Shown: piece after piece, positions 1-10,057 of the stretch | Numbering within the stretch: the stretch's first letter is position 1 | How the letters are laid out: the number at the start of each line of letters is the position of its first letter | NCBI GenBank assembly: GCA_964409225.1 | Contig: CAYPCM010000002.1 | Coordinates: 413-64,412 of the forward strand | DNA from: an uncultured Candidatus Saccharibacteria bacterium | GTDB taxonomy: Bacteria > Patescibacteriota > Minisyncoccia > JACPXH01 | DNA length: 64,000 nucleotides | Reading direction: 5' to 3' | The notes under the pieces: model-generated | Seen by the model: the letters and a program-made list of their open reading frames with translations, nothing else | What the model was told of the DNA's origin: nothing | Database searches by the model: none | Program-made: the position numbers and the translations under genes

Positions 1-148
1 AAATTTTCGCGTGGGGGTGAAGCGCACCGCGAAGCACTTGACGAGTATGGTAGTGCCGTGCTACTGTTTTTTTGTTCTTTCCCCGCATGGTTTGCCGCTT
101 AGGCGCGGTAGTGGACGTGGCAGCGCAACGCGCAGAAGGGAGGATGCG

Positions 149-466
149 ATGATCGTGATACAGGTGCTTGGGATCTCGGACGCTTCCACCGAGGAAGAGC
201 TTCAGGCGATCACGAGAGATCTACACGATTTCTGCCAGACGGCGGGATACAACAAGTATTACGTCGCCTTCACGAGCGATCAGATGAAGATGGATCTCGG
301 AGTAGAGATTGTTGCGCTCGTCTCCGGCGTGCCGCTCGATGCCAACGGCGATGCCCTCGGCATCCGCGTTCACAATGTGCTTAAGGCGCACTTCCCGGCA
401 GGAACGCTTATAGGCGTTCAGCTGATCGAGGCGAGAACGGTGATCGATCTCATCGAGAAATCATGA
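149..466 (+). CDS. hypothetical protein (N-terminus of the longer ORF 11..466 looks like non-coding extension; start at internal Met MIVIQVLG)
   Basis: ORF track; no recognisable motifs; start choice by composition change. Confidence 0.4.
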   Translation: MIVIQVLGISDASTEEELQAITRDLHDFCQTAGYNKYYVAFTSDQMKMDLGVEIVALVSGVPLDANGDALGIRVHNVLKAHFPAGTLIGVQLIEARTVIDLIEKS

Positions 467-479
467 GGGGAAGGATGGC

Positions 480-764
480 ATGGCGGTGACATTTCGGTTG
501 GCAGCGCACCGGGTCAAACCCGATATTCAGATCGTTGAAGTGCTCATTGATGGGGTGGTGGGCGGGGTCATCTATCCAGCGGGTGAACGCGAGATCATAT
601 TGGCGAGCGCCCACGTGAGCGAGAAGCGTCTTGAGGAGGGGTTTGTCGGCGAGGTCCGAGAGGACGAGAGAGGGCTCTGGCCGCCGATCCCGGCTTGGTT
701 CGTTCGGTTCGATCCGTCGCCCTACGAAATCCGCGGGGGCAAGGTGGTTAAGCTTTCGCGGTAA
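480..764 (+). CDS. hypothetical protein
   Basis: ORF preceded by GGGGAAGG Shine-Dalgarno; followed by intrinsic terminator. Confidence 0.45.
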   Translation: MAVTFRLAAHRVKPDIQIVEVLIDGVVGGVIYPAGEREIILASAHVSEKRLEEGFVGEVREDERGLWPPIPAWFVRFDPSPYEIRGGKVVKLSR

Positions 765-766
765 GA

Positions 767-803
767 CGCAGGCCGCAGCCATTGGCTGCGGCCTGTTTTC
801 GTG
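767..803 (+). terminator. Rho-independent terminator (11-bp GC stem gcaggccgcag..ctgcggcctg + TTTTCGTGG)
   Basis: perfect stem-loop followed by T-tract immediately after stop of 480..764. Confidence 0.5.
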
Positions 804-935
804 GTCGTGCCTTGCGGCGGCGCATAGCTCGTCTTGAAACCAAGATACGGAAAGCTCTAGCTACTCATGAGAAAAAAGTGCGCCCCCGAACACGGTCGGG
901 GGGCGATGATAAACAAAAGGAACAGGCGCGGCGCT

Positions 936-1310
936 TTAGCGCCGCGCCTGCGTAACCGTATCCACACGCTGAGGACGTTGCCGCCGTGCAAATGGCACCA
1001 CCGTTCTGTGCCGCCGGATAGCAAGCTGTGCTTCCAGCACGCGAATACGACCCTCCAGCTCGCGAATCCGACGGCCGAGCGCATCGTTTGCTTCGATGCT
1101 ACTGTGAAGAAACGCTTCAGCCGTAGAAAGTGTTGAGGCCGTGGCGACGAGCACCGCGCCGTAATCGGCAGCGGCGAACTCGTAGGTCCGAACCGTGCGC
1201 TCGACCCACACGAGCACCTCATCTGCAATCCCGCGGCGCTGCGCTTCGAAAACCTTCGCCGCGATGCGCGCCCGCACCTTGGCAGTAAGGAGTTTACTGC
1301 GCGCAGCCAT
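936..1310 (-). CDS. hypothetical coiled-coil protein
   Basis: ORF with GGGAGAG SD; stop codon lies in loop of hairpin aggcgcggcgc-ttta-gcgccgcgcct followed (minus strand) by U-tract. Confidence 0.5.
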   Translation of the reverse strand: MAARSKLLTAKVRARIAAKVFEAQRRGIADEVLVWVERTVRTYEFAAADYGAVLVATASTLSTAEAFLHSSIEANDALGRRIRELEGRIRVLEAQLAIRRHRTVVPFARRQRPQRVDTVTQARR

Positions 1311-1313
1311 CGG

Positions 1314-1505
1314 TCAACTCTCCCAGAATTCGATCCCAACCGACTCGTCGGGATCCGCGCCGCACGGCCTCTGCTCGTCCGCCGGTTTGAGGGCCGGCGT
1401 TGTGGTGAGTACCGCAAGTACGACTGCTTGTTCGTCGGGAGGAACTCGTTGCCGGCTGATCGCGTCCACCACTTCCCCCTTGTCGTTGCGCGTATAAAGG
1501 GACAT
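1314..1505 (-). CDS. hypothetical small protein (63 aa), translationally coupled upstream of 936..1310
   Basis: strong SD AAAGGAGGGG before ATG; 3-nt gap to downstream gene. Confidence 0.45.
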   Translation of the reverse strand: MSLYTRNDKGEVVDAISRQRVPPDEQAVVLAVLTTTPALKPADEQRPCGADPDESVGIEFWES

Positions 1506-1563
1506 GCCCCCTCCTTTCTGCGCGACTGCGCGTGACCACTGCTAGTCTAGCTTTACTATGCCG

Positions 1564-2424
1564 TCATCCCAACGTCAACGCCGCCGCGCCAACCGCACCC
1601 GCATAATCTCCAAACGTCGCAAGTCGGATCGGCGTCTCGCGCGCTTCAGGCGAGATGACCACGCGATTGATGGCTTCGCGGGCATACAGCTCGAAGTGAG
1701 GCCACAGATTCGCCATGCCGCCCCCCAACACGATGCACGCAGGATCGAGGATGTTCATGATGTCCCCGATGTCGACCCCGAGCGCAGCGCCGATCTGCTT
1801 GGCGATTTCGGCCGCGCGCTCGTCGCCTGATGCAAGCGCGGCGGCGAGCGCCTTGCCGGTGGGAAACGGTGTACCGGCGAGCGCTTGCTGCGATGCGAGC
1901 TGTTCGAATGTTTGGTTGCCGCCGATAACGATCTGCCCGATTTCTCCGGCGCTCCCGTGCGCGCCTCGAAACACTCTGCCCTCCAGTACGATCGCGCCCC
2001 CGATGCCGCTACCGATCGCGATGAACACGAACGAATTGCCCGCTTTTCCAGATCGTAATTCGCCGAGTGCGGCGGCGCGCACGTCGTTGTCTATAACAAC
2101 CGGAAGGTTCAGTCGTTCTGTGAGCAACCGCGGCAGCTCGATGCCGTTGAGCGCGGAGAGATTCGACGCCACTTCCACCCGCGAGCGATCAAGCGAAAGA
2201 ACCCCGGGCACGCCCACGCCAACCGATTTGAACTCGCCGGGCCGCTGCGCCATGAGCGTTTCGGCCATCTCTGCCGCAAGCGCAACAATTGTTTCGGTAT
2301 CGGCGTCAGTCGGCAGCGGCCGGCGCTCCTGCGCAAGAATCTCGCGGCCGTCGAACACAACGCCGGCGATTTTCGATGCGCCGATGTCGAGACCGCAGAG
2401 CACGGGGTGGGACGTCCGGTGCAT
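1564..2424 (-). CDS. ROK family sugar kinase / regulator-like protein (glucokinase-like)
   Basis: N-terminal ATPase fold CGLDIGASKIAGV, ROK signature region GIGGAIVLEGRVFRGAHGSAGEIG. Confidence 0.85.
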   Translation of the reverse strand: MHRTSHPVLCGLDIGASKIAGVVFDGREILAQERRPLPTDADTETIVALAAEMAETLMAQRPGEFKSVGVGVPGVLSLDRSRVEVASNLSALNGIELPRLLTERLNLPVVIDNDVRAAALGELRSGKAGNSFVFIAIGSGIGGAIVLEGRVFRGAHGSAGEIGQIVIGGNQTFEQLASQQALAGTPFPTGKALAAALASGDERAAEIAKQIGAALGVDIGDIMNILDPACIVLGGGMANLWPHFELYAREAINRVVISPEARETPIRLATFGDYAGAVGAAALTLG

Positions 2425-2505
2425 ATAGTATGTTCAGTATACGACGTCTTGAGACATGACAAAAGATATGCTACAAAAGAGGAAACGCTTACAAAGGAGG
2501 GTGCG

Positions 2506-3231
2506 ATGGCAAAGCGTCAACCCGAGGCCTCTCCGCTGCGACAGCTGCTCGAACAGTTCCTTGACACCGAACAGCTTCGTTCCGTAGACCAGATCCTCAT
2601 TCCCTGGCGGCAGGCAGCCCGACGCCGACGCTATCCGTTGCCGGCCCCCAGTACGGTGAACACCGGTGCCGTGTGCGCGGCGATCACCAGAGCAACGGGG
2701 GAGCGAGCCGAGCGCATCACCGCCTTCTCGGTCAACCGCGCACTTCGGGAGACCTCTGTACTCACTTGGAAGTGCTACCGCTGGCTGAAAGGCCGCCAGG
2801 GCGACACCAATACCCTGCCCTTCTGGGATCTCGTTGACCTGCAGCTGATGGGCCTTGGCGCAGGCGCGACGGATGGTCTCGACGAGGAAACGTTCGATGC
2901 GCTGGTTGAACGCGTGCTCGAGAGCGGCGGCAATGAGATTTACGAGGCACTGATGGATTTTGCCGACCGCCTCTCGGTGCGTTTTGGCGAGCGTGCGTGG
3001 GAGGGCGGCCGTGGGGTCCTCACGATGCCGGAACTGGAGATTGACGATGCGCCCGTCGCGGACCTCGAGGCGATCCCAGCGGAACTACTGCGCAGGTACC
3101 TCGGTTTTCGCATGAGCGGCGCTCGAGATCTCGCGCTCCGGCTTGAACCAACCGTCCGCATGCTCCCCTACTACCTGCCGCTCTACGAGCAGCACGGAGA
3201 ACCGGGCAACTGGGTGGTGTTGACGGCATGA
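2506..3231 (+). CDS. hypothetical protein
   Basis: ORF with AAAGGAGGGTG SD upstream of ATG at 2506 (track ORF 2407.. trimmed). Confidence 0.5.
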   Translation: MAKRQPEASPLRQLLEQFLDTEQLRSVDQILIPWRQAARRRRYPLPAPSTVNTGAVCAAITRATGERAERITAFSVNRALRETSVLTWKCYRWLKGRQGDTNTLPFWDLVDLQLMGLGAGATDGLDEETFDALVERVLESGGNEIYEALMDFADRLSVRFGERAWEGGRGVLTMPELEIDDAPVADLEAIPAELLRRYLGFRMSGARDLALRLEPTVRMLPYYLPLYEQHGEPGNWVVLTA

Positions 3232-3424
3232 ACGGAACGGCGTCATCGTGAGCTCGCAGCGGTGGTTCGGCTCGCCACGCTCGGCCTAGATTGCGCCAGA
3301 CTCATTGCCGTCGCCTCGCCGTTTACCGGCGACTGACGACCTCAACGACCTGACGGGTTCCATCCTAACCCGTCAGGTCTTCTTATTGACGGAATTCCCG
3401 AGTACGCCTGAGAATGAAACCGAT

Positions 3425-3997
3425 ATGCTCACCCTTGCCCGAATCCGTCCCGGCGCAACGTTCCTCGAAGACGGGGATCCGTACGTTGTGCTCGAAGCCC
3501 AGCATGTACAGCTGGGTCGGGGCGGCGCGATTTTGAACACACGCATCCGGAACCTGCGGACCGGCGCCACCACCAAACGCGCCTTCAAAGGAAACGATGC
3601 GGTGGCGGAAGCTGAGGTTAAGAAACAAGCCAGCCGATTCATATACGCACACCGCGGCGAATATTGGTTTGAGAATCCGGCGAATCCCAAGGAACGATTT
3701 GCGCTTTCGGCAGGTCAATTGGGCGATAATGCGCAATGGCTGATGCCAAAACTGGAGGTTTCCGCCCTCGTATTTGAGGATCAGGTACTTGCGGTGGAAT
3801 TGCCGATTAAGGTTGACTATCGAGTCACCGATGCTCCGCCCGGCCTACGCGGCAACACTGCCCAAGGCGGCACGAAATCAGTAACTCTCGAAACCGGTGC
3901 CGTCATCCAAGCCCCTCTCTTCATCGAAGCCGGCGCAGTGGTGCGCGTGAACACTAGAACCGGTGAGTACGTCGAGCGCGTTACGACGCAACACTGA
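3425..3997 (+). CDS. efp: translation elongation factor P
   Basis: EF-P hallmark C-terminal KVDYRVTDAPPGLRGNTAQGGTKSVTLETGAVIQAPLFIE; length ~190 aa from internal Met; track ORF 3305.. has non-homologous N-extension. Confidence 0.9.
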   Translation: MLTLARIRPGATFLEDGDPYVVLEAQHVQLGRGGAILNTRIRNLRTGATTKRAFKGNDAVAEAEVKKQASRFIYAHRGEYWFENPANPKERFALSAGQLGDNAQWLMPKLEVSALVFEDQVLAVELPIKVDYRVTDAPPGLRGNTAQGGTKSVTLETGAVIQAPLFIEAGAVVRVNTRTGEYVERVTTQH

Positions 3998-4151
3998 TCT
4001 CGTTACAATGGTTCCACCGTCGCGTTACACGCTCTGTAACACTTGTGGATAAGTCGCGTCTCTGATAGTGTAAACAAAGAGACGGTTTTAAAACTGCAAA
4101 TCGGAATGCTGGTAAGGTGTTGCCGGGTCATGCATTGTCGCACAGGCGACT

Positions 4152-4808
4152 GTGCGGCGGCGTATGCCTCGACGCGTCCTCAATCGTTTCTCCACCGACT
4201 TTGCCCCATTGGTGGGGCAGATAACGCCGGAAAAAACGGCGCCGCGCGGCGCAGTAGTTATTGACGCCAATAACGATAAAAGAACACCGGCTGAACCCCA
4301 ACACGAATTCCTGGAGGCCTACGACTCTTATCTCGAAAAAATATATCGCTACATCCTTTCACGCATCCGCGTAAGGGAGGTAGCTCAAGATTTAACCAGC
4401 GACGTGTTCACTCGCGCCTGGGCATTCCTGAAAAAGGGCGCGGCGGTAAAACACTGGGGCGCGTTTCTCTATACCCTCGCCACGAATGCGTTAAGGGATT
4501 TTGGGCGCTCGCGAGGGCGCCGCGAGCGTGTATTTTCTTCCATCGCACCGCACGCGCTCGAAAATAACGACCGCGTGCGGGTTGAGCCAGATTCAGATCG
4601 CGAGCTCGACCGGCGGCGAGAGTATGAAGTTGCGCTCGTGAACCTAAACAACCTCAAACCTACATACCGACAAGTCGTATTCCTGCGGTATGTTGAGGGC
4701 TACAGAACTTGCGAAATCGCTACAATCATGAACCGTTCTAGTACGTGGGTGCGCGTGACGCTTCACCGCGCTTTAAAGCGCCTGCGGAGCGGCATTAGGC
4801 GGGTGTAA
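4152..4808 (+). CDS. RNA polymerase sigma-70 factor, ECF subfamily
   Basis: region 2 (YLEKIYRYILSRI...DVFTRAW) and region 4 HTH (YRQVVFLRYVEGYRTCEIATIMNRSSTWVRVTLHRALKRLR). Confidence 0.85.
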   Translation: MRRRMPRRVLNRFSTDFAPLVGQITPEKTAPRGAVVIDANNDKRTPAEPQHEFLEAYDSYLEKIYRYILSRIRVREVAQDLTSDVFTRAWAFLKKGAAVKHWGAFLYTLATNALRDFGRSRGRRERVFSSIAPHALENNDRVRVEPDSDRELDRRREYEVALVNLNNLKPTYRQVVFLRYVEGYRTCEIATIMNRSSTWVRVTLHRALKRLRSGIRRV

Positions 4809-4850
4809 CGCCGAGTTGCGTCGAGCGTCCTTACCTCAACGCGCCTGCTT

Positions 4851-5042
4851 ATGCTGACTCCCGATCTTGCGGCGTTTTGTGCCGAGCTTCGTCAAATCAA
4901 GCCGAGTTCCCGCTGGCAAACGTCATTGCGCAAACGTCTATGCGGGCAGCTTGAGGACGAAGCACAAACCACGCCCGTAACAACGCCGGCGCTCATTCGT
5001 CTTTTCTTATGGAAAGGTCGAACGTGGCACCTTCGCAACTGA
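4851..5042 (+). CDS. hypothetical small protein downstream of ECF sigma (possible anti-sigma; weak)
   Basis: position only; no SD. Confidence 0.2.
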   Translation: MLTPDLAAFCAELRQIKPSSRWQTSLRKRLCGQLEDEAQTTPVTTPALIRLFLWKGRTWHLRN

Positions 5043-5244
5043 ATATCTCTCGGCGTCACCCCCGTTCCCCGAGAACGAGGTTCAAGTCCCTTCTTTACGG
5101 GCAAGCACTATCAGTATACTTAGCGACAAAACGGTGCCAACATATCCTATAGTGTGAGTCCCCTTCTTCGAACAATCGAAGAAGGGGACTTGAGTTTTTA
5201 TAGTTGGGGTAAGACCGGCAGTGCTTTTGTAAACGTTGAGTATT

Positions 5245-6972
5245 TTAGGGCTCGAATCGTATCCGTTCTCCGGGTCTAAGTGGTTGCGCCTGACGCTTCT
5301 CCGGCTGCTTCGGATGAGTCGCGGCGCGACTGGCGCCCGGTGATGACTGCGCACGCTTAGACGCGGCCATGGTCTCGCCCAAGAGCTCACGGAGTCCGGC
5401 GAGATCCGGGCCGCGACGTTCACGCATCTGGACACGGTCCGGCTCAACGCCCTCGGCGCGCGGCGGCGATTTCTTAACGGCTTCGCCCAGCGAAATCGGC
5501 GCGCCAGTCGGTCTGGGCACGGCCTGCGATTCGCGCAGAGGTAAGGGCGAGGTTCTGACTGGACGTTCAACACCATCAGGGATGCGCGGCTCACGGCGGT
5601 GAGGCCTATGAAGTCGCGGCTGCGGCATGACCGACTGCACCCTTTCCGTGACCTCCTCCTCGGGATCCTCAAGCATGCCCGTCCATTTGGCGATTTTCGC
5701 CTCCACCTCGGCCCGATCAGTGGCATAGCGCTCGCGAGAGATGCGAACAATCTTATCGCGGTGCGATGTTTCTGGATGCGGATACTTATCCAAGGTCGTA
5801 GCCGAAAAGGCCCGTGAGGCCACCCCGTCAATCATAAGCTTTAAATAGATGTAGCGGTTTTTGAGATTGACCAAATCATTCATGGTAAAGTCGGGCTCAA
5901 ACTCCTTTTCGAGGAACTCGGCGTCTGTCGCACCGACCCTGAAGGAGATAAGCGTGCCTACGTTGCCGAAAACCGCCGCCGCCACCTCCTCCGGCAGCTG
6001 TTCTACGTATTGATGCGCCAAAATAAGTGCGAGACGATATTTGCGCGCCTCGGACAGGATATTCGTAAACGATTGCGTCGCAAAGTTCTGAAACTCGTCA
6101 ACATAGAGATAAAAATCTTTCCGCTCAAATTCGGGGATGTCCACCCTGCTCATCGCAGCAAGTTGCAACTTAGTAATGAGGAGCGCTCCAAGTAGTTGCG
6201 AATTGTCTTCGCCCACCCGTCCCTTTGAGAGATTCAAGATAAGAATCTTCTGCCCATCCATGACTTCCCGCATGTTGATGGCCGACTTGGTCTGGCCCAC
6301 GATGTTGCGGATAAGGGGGCTGGTGAGGAACTGGCCGACTTTGTTTTGAATCGGGTTTATTGCTTCGGCCTGAAACCGATCCGGATATTTGGAATACTCG
6401 TCCACCCAAAACGAGCGCACAATGGGATCGGAAATTTTGTCCACCACTTTCTTGCGATACTCCTTGTCAATTAGCATGCGCATAATGCCAAGAAGTGTGG
6501 AGCCAGGGTATTCAAGCAACGCAAGTATGGCATTGCGCAGCACGTATTCAAGCCGCGGCCCCCATGTATCTGCCCACAGTTTTTTGAACACGCCGATCAC
6601 GCCCGAAGCCACCAGGTGGCGGTGCTCGGGCGCGACTTTCTCGAGCACGTTAAACGCAATCGGATGGTTTAAGTCCGCCGGGTTGAGGTAAACAACGTCA
6701 TTGACACGGCTCGAAGGCACGAAATCCAACATCTCTTCGGCAAACTCGCCGTGCGGATCTACCACGCCTACGCCCTTGCCCGAAAGAATATCGGCAATCA
6801 CCATGTTTGTGATCATGGAGGTCTTGCCGGTGCCGGTCTTGCCGATCACGTACATGTGCCGGCGCCGGTCGTCGGTTTTGATGCCAAACCGCCGACGCTC
6901 GTTGCGGAAGTTTGTTTCCGCAAAGAGAGTAATTTCACTCTGACCATTCTTCAACGTGAATCCTTCAGGCAT
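5245..6972 (-). CDS. TraD/VirD4/TraG-like type IV coupling protein ATPase (HerA/FtsK-like P-loop)
   Basis: Walker A HMYVIGKTGTGKTS, Walker B FYLYVDEFQN, typical TraD-like C-terminal low-complexity tail. Confidence 0.8.
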   Translation of the reverse strand: MPEGFTLKNGQSEITLFAETNFRNERRRFGIKTDDRRRHMYVIGKTGTGKTSMITNMVIADILSGKGVGVVDPHGEFAEEMLDFVPSSRVNDVVYLNPADLNHPIAFNVLEKVAPEHRHLVASGVIGVFKKLWADTWGPRLEYVLRNAILALLEYPGSTLLGIMRMLIDKEYRKKVVDKISDPIVRSFWVDEYSKYPDRFQAEAINPIQNKVGQFLTSPLIRNIVGQTKSAINMREVMDGQKILILNLSKGRVGEDNSQLLGALLITKLQLAAMSRVDIPEFERKDFYLYVDEFQNFATQSFTNILSEARKYRLALILAHQYVEQLPEEVAAAVFGNVGTLISFRVGATDAEFLEKEFEPDFTMNDLVNLKNRYIYLKLMIDGVASRAFSATTLDKYPHPETSHRDKIVRISRERYATDRAEVEAKIAKWTGMLEDPEEEVTERVQSVMPQPRLHRPHRREPRIPDGVERPVRTSPLPLRESQAVPRPTGAPISLGEAVKKSPPRAEGVEPDRVQMRERRGPDLAGLRELLGETMAASKRAQSSPGASRAATHPKQPEKRQAQPLRPGERIRFEP

Positions 6973-7005
6973 GGATTTGAATCGGGGAAAGACCTCAATT
7001 ATTTA

Positions 7006-7170
7006 TCGAATGTCTAATGCCAAAATCTAAATGTCAAATTCTCGACGCGCTCGCGCGGCTCGCTTGCTCGAATACTAAAATTATTCTTCGAGCGAGTCCC
7101 GAGCCGCCAGCCGGCGGAGAGGGACGAGTCGAGAAGTTGTCATTTGAACTTTGACATTTGTCATTCGTCA
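7006..7170. repeat. AT-rich intergenic segment with imperfect inverted repeats (aatgtcaaattctcgac ... gtcgagaagttgtcatttgaactttgacattt) and TGTCATTCG motif
   Basis: read directly; lies between the two minus-strand genes. Confidence 0.4.
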
Positions 7171-8451
7171 CACGGTCGGCAATCCCACCGGCGGCTCGCC
7201 GGCCTTGGCCTCGACATGCGGCACGAGCGGCGTGGCGACGCTCATGGCCGGGAAGTGATAGATAGTCGCAAGCTCCTCAACATTGAGCACACACGTTTTT
7301 GGCTCCAAGCCGCCGAGCAAAGAAATTTTTGTAAAGCCAGACCGATTCCGGTACGCCTTCAATATTCGCTTCTTGCGCGCCGGTTCGCGCCACTTCTTAA
7401 AGTAGTCCACGCCGGATTTTGTCGCGGCGTACGGCCTGAAACTGTTTAGATTCTGGGTGCGGTAGGGGTTAAGCGCGGCAAAGAGCGCCGGAATGGTGCT
7501 GCGCTTTGAAAACGGCTTTTTACCGACAAAAATGGTCCGGATGAGTACGTTGAATCCCAATTTTGAAACGTTCATCTCAAGCGCCTTCAGGATGTCTGAT
7601 TCGCCCGGAGTGAGGTATTGCACCTGCGAAGGACGCTCCTCTTTCTTTTCGGTTTTCGGTGCCTCCCCGCCGAAAAGCGCCTGCCAGAATTCACCGAAGA
7701 TGCCGAGCACCGTGTCGAAGACAGTTTTCTCCTCCTTCGCGGGTTTGCCGGCGAACTTCGCGATCAACTTATCACCTGCTTTTTTCCACTTGTCGTCAGC
7801 CGGAGTGAGCAAAATCTGCAGCCACATTTGTTGGCCCGGCGGGAGCTTCGCGTACCACTCCAAAAGGCCGGCCACCGGATCAATGTGCATCTCCTCATCC
7901 TTGTGCTCAAAGGAGACGTACGTACGGATGGGATACGCGTCCTCGCGCGCGAGCACAATATCATACCCCCACAGGTCGTATTCTTCATTCGGGATATCCT
8001 CTGGTACGGCCTTGGTGTAATCCTCGACCTCGGTTATTTCCGCCTGCTGGTACTGGGCGTACAGATGCGCTTCGATGAAGTTTCGGTAGTATGAGGGCGT
8101 ACGGATCAAAAAATGCGTTGTGCCCTCTATGCCGACAATTTCCAAACTCACCGCTTCCTGGAACCTGCCGTCCCAATACTTCTCGACGAGATTTTGTCGC
8201 GATTGAATCGCATGCATACCGGCGAGCGCATTCTCCATGGCCTTCGGGGTGCGGACGAAATCGCGGGGGATTTTTATCTCCAAAAGCGTCCAAGGAATTT
8301 TCTTGGCAAACTCGCCTTGGATATAGTCCATCCAGAGCCCTTTGAGGATGAGAAAAAGCGCTATGGGCGCAATCACCCACCAGAGCGGTATGACGAACCG
8401 CAATACGGCTCCGATTTCTTCAAATGGTAATTGGAACATCGGAAAGGACAC
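7168..8451 (-). CDS. hypothetical membrane protein, operon partner of TraD-like ATPase
   Basis: N-terminal TM helix (VIPLWWVIAPIALFLILKGLW); co-oriented immediately upstream of ATPase. Confidence 0.6.
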   Translation of the reverse strand: MSFPMFQLPFEEIGAVLRFVIPLWWVIAPIALFLILKGLWMDYIQGEFAKKIPWTLLEIKIPRDFVRTPKAMENALAGMHAIQSRQNLVEKYWDGRFQEAVSLEIVGIEGTTHFLIRTPSYYRNFIEAHLYAQYQQAEITEVEDYTKAVPEDIPNEEYDLWGYDIVLAREDAYPIRTYVSFEHKDEEMHIDPVAGLLEWYAKLPPGQQMWLQILLTPADDKWKKAGDKLIAKFAGKPAKEEKTVFDTVLGIFGEFWQALFGGEAPKTEKKEERPSQVQYLTPGESDILKALEMNVSKLGFNVLIRTIFVGKKPFSKRSTIPALFAALNPYRTQNLNSFRPYAATKSGVDYFKKWREPARKKRILKAYRNRSGFTKISLLGGLEPKTCVLNVEELATIYHFPAMSVATPLVPHVEAKAGEPPVGLPTV

Positions 8452-9006
8452 TGCTGCATTAGGCGCACAGAGAGCCCTGGCCGTCTTGCTCGGGTGCTGC
8501 CTCGCCCGGACCCCGCACCAACGTCGCTTCGCTCCGTGGTGCGGGGCAGGCGTGTCGCTCGACCCCTTCTGCTTTGTGATTCGGCGAGGCGCAGCCCCTC
8601 TGCGAGCGTTCGCTCGTCCAGCGACTCGCTCACTCTGTCCTCGCTGACGGGGTCGCTGCTGCGGCAGCGCCCACCATGCCCGTCAGCTGCGGATGTCGCC
8701 TCGGGGCTGCGCCTCGCCTCAGGAGCTCGGCCGGAGTTTACCCCGCCTGGTCGCCCGCAGGCGACTCGTGCGGGGCGACGCCGGTCTCGGCAGCAACCCT
8801 CACAGACCCCCCGCCCTCGCCGGCGGGGCCGCCGCGTGCCGTTCGAGCGACGTCGCGCAGCCGCGCCCGAGATAAAACTGCTCTTAAATCTGATAATCTA
8901 AGGCGCGGCGAGCGAGAGCAGCGGCCTGACAATAGCCCAATTCCAACCCGAGTCAGGCCGACTGCGGTCGCGAGACACGGCTGCGGCGGCCCCGCCACGA
9001 AAAATC
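8452..9006. other. 555-bp GC-rich non-coding gap with 10-bp hairpin (ccccgcacca..tggtgcgggg) and 16-bp long-range inverted repeat GGCGAGGCGCAGCCCC / GGGGCTGCGCCTCGCC
   Basis: only overlapping Arg-rich ORFs typical of GC-rich noise; repeats read directly. Confidence 0.3.
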
Positions 9007-10053
9007 TTACGCCGTCTTGACTGCGTACTTGCCTTCTCCGGTGCGCACGAAGAATGACCGATGCTGAAGATTCAACAGCACCGTGTTTTCTTTTACGAAC
9101 CGACGCCTCAACACTTCCGCCAGAAGCTCTTCTTTTGTCATGGGTCGGCCATTCTCGCGCAATACCGCAAGCAACACTTCCCGCACCGTGCCCGGTTGAT
9201 ACCCCCATTCAGCCAGCGCATACGTGCCCCGGCCAACGAGAACGAAACGTTTGTCCTTGATGAGTTCGTTGTGCACGGTCTGCGGATGAGCTGGTCGGCG
9301 CTTGGCAATGCTCGAATTGATATGTTCGGCCACCTCCCGGAAATGCAATGGCTTGGCCGCCCGCTTAAAAATGAGATAGGCCTTGTCCTTTACGCCGCGG
9401 GGCTTAACCTCTGGCCAGTGCGCCGGCCCCCATTCACCAAAGGGATTACGCTCGACGAGCCGAGAAGCGTCAACGTAAGAAAGCACTGTTTTGGCGGTCG
9501 CACCGCTTAGCGACTGCGCCACTCGGCCAGCTCGGTTCGCAAGTTCCTCCTCGGATATGGTGCGCCGATCATTCGTAAACGTGTCGCTTAACATCGCGAC
9601 GGCCTTTCGCGCCGCGGCCAACGCTTCTGCGCCTACGTACCACAGCGTGTAAAATTCGTCATCGTCGCGCTGACGCGCGGCTTCACCGGCAAGAGTAAGT
9701 ATCAAAGTTGCTGCCGCGCGCTCTTGCGGCGTATCTGCACCAAACATTTGAGCAATATCTACTAAAAACTGATCTTCCCGGCGCACGTTTCCATGATCAG
9801 CCAAATGCTGACTCATGGCGGTCGCGTAACTTGCAATCTTCGCCATTACTTCCGGCTTGCGGAGCACGGTGAGACCATCCGCCTCGATCTGACGAACCCG
9901 CTCGCGAGTAATGCCAAAACCGTCCCCGATTGCTTCGAGGGTTTTCCTTTTCCCGTCCTTGAGCCCGAAACGACCGGAGATAATGTCGCGCGTGCGCTTA
10001 GCCAGCGCGCCCACGATCTCTGCCGCCACCACCTGAAGAGATGAGTTTATCAT
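9007..10053 (-). CDS. sigma-70 region 4 domain protein with C-terminal HTH/winged-helix domain
   Basis: ISGRFGLKDGKRKTLEAIGDGFGITRERVRQIEADGL is a canonical sigma-70 region 4.2 HTH. Confidence 0.75.
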   Translation of the reverse strand: MINSSLQVVAAEIVGALAKRTRDIISGRFGLKDGKRKTLEAIGDGFGITRERVRQIEADGLTVLRKPEVMAKIASYATAMSQHLADHGNVRREDQFLVDIAQMFGADTPQERAAATLILTLAGEAARQRDDDEFYTLWYVGAEALAAARKAVAMLSDTFTNDRRTISEEELANRAGRVAQSLSGATAKTVLSYVDASRLVERNPFGEWGPAHWPEVKPRGVKDKAYLIFKRAAKPLHFREVAEHINSSIAKRRPAHPQTVHNELIKDKRFVLVGRGTYALAEWGYQPGTVREVLLAVLRENGRPMTKEELLAEVLRRRFVKENTVLLNLQHRSFFVRTGEGKYAVKTA

Positions 10054-10057
10054 AAGT

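Noticed and set aside
5055-5085. tRNA-like T-loop sequence GGTTCAAGTCC just downstream of the TraD-like gene (possible tRNA remnant or att site)
   Set aside because: Flanking bases do not form a T-stem, acceptor stem or any cloverleaf on either strand.
8431-9208. ORFs 8431..8901(+), 8676..9020(+) and 8738..9208(-) in the GC-rich gap
   Set aside because: They are Arg/Pro/Ala-rich, mutually overlapping and lack ribosome-binding sites, which is typical of random ORFs in high-GC DNA.
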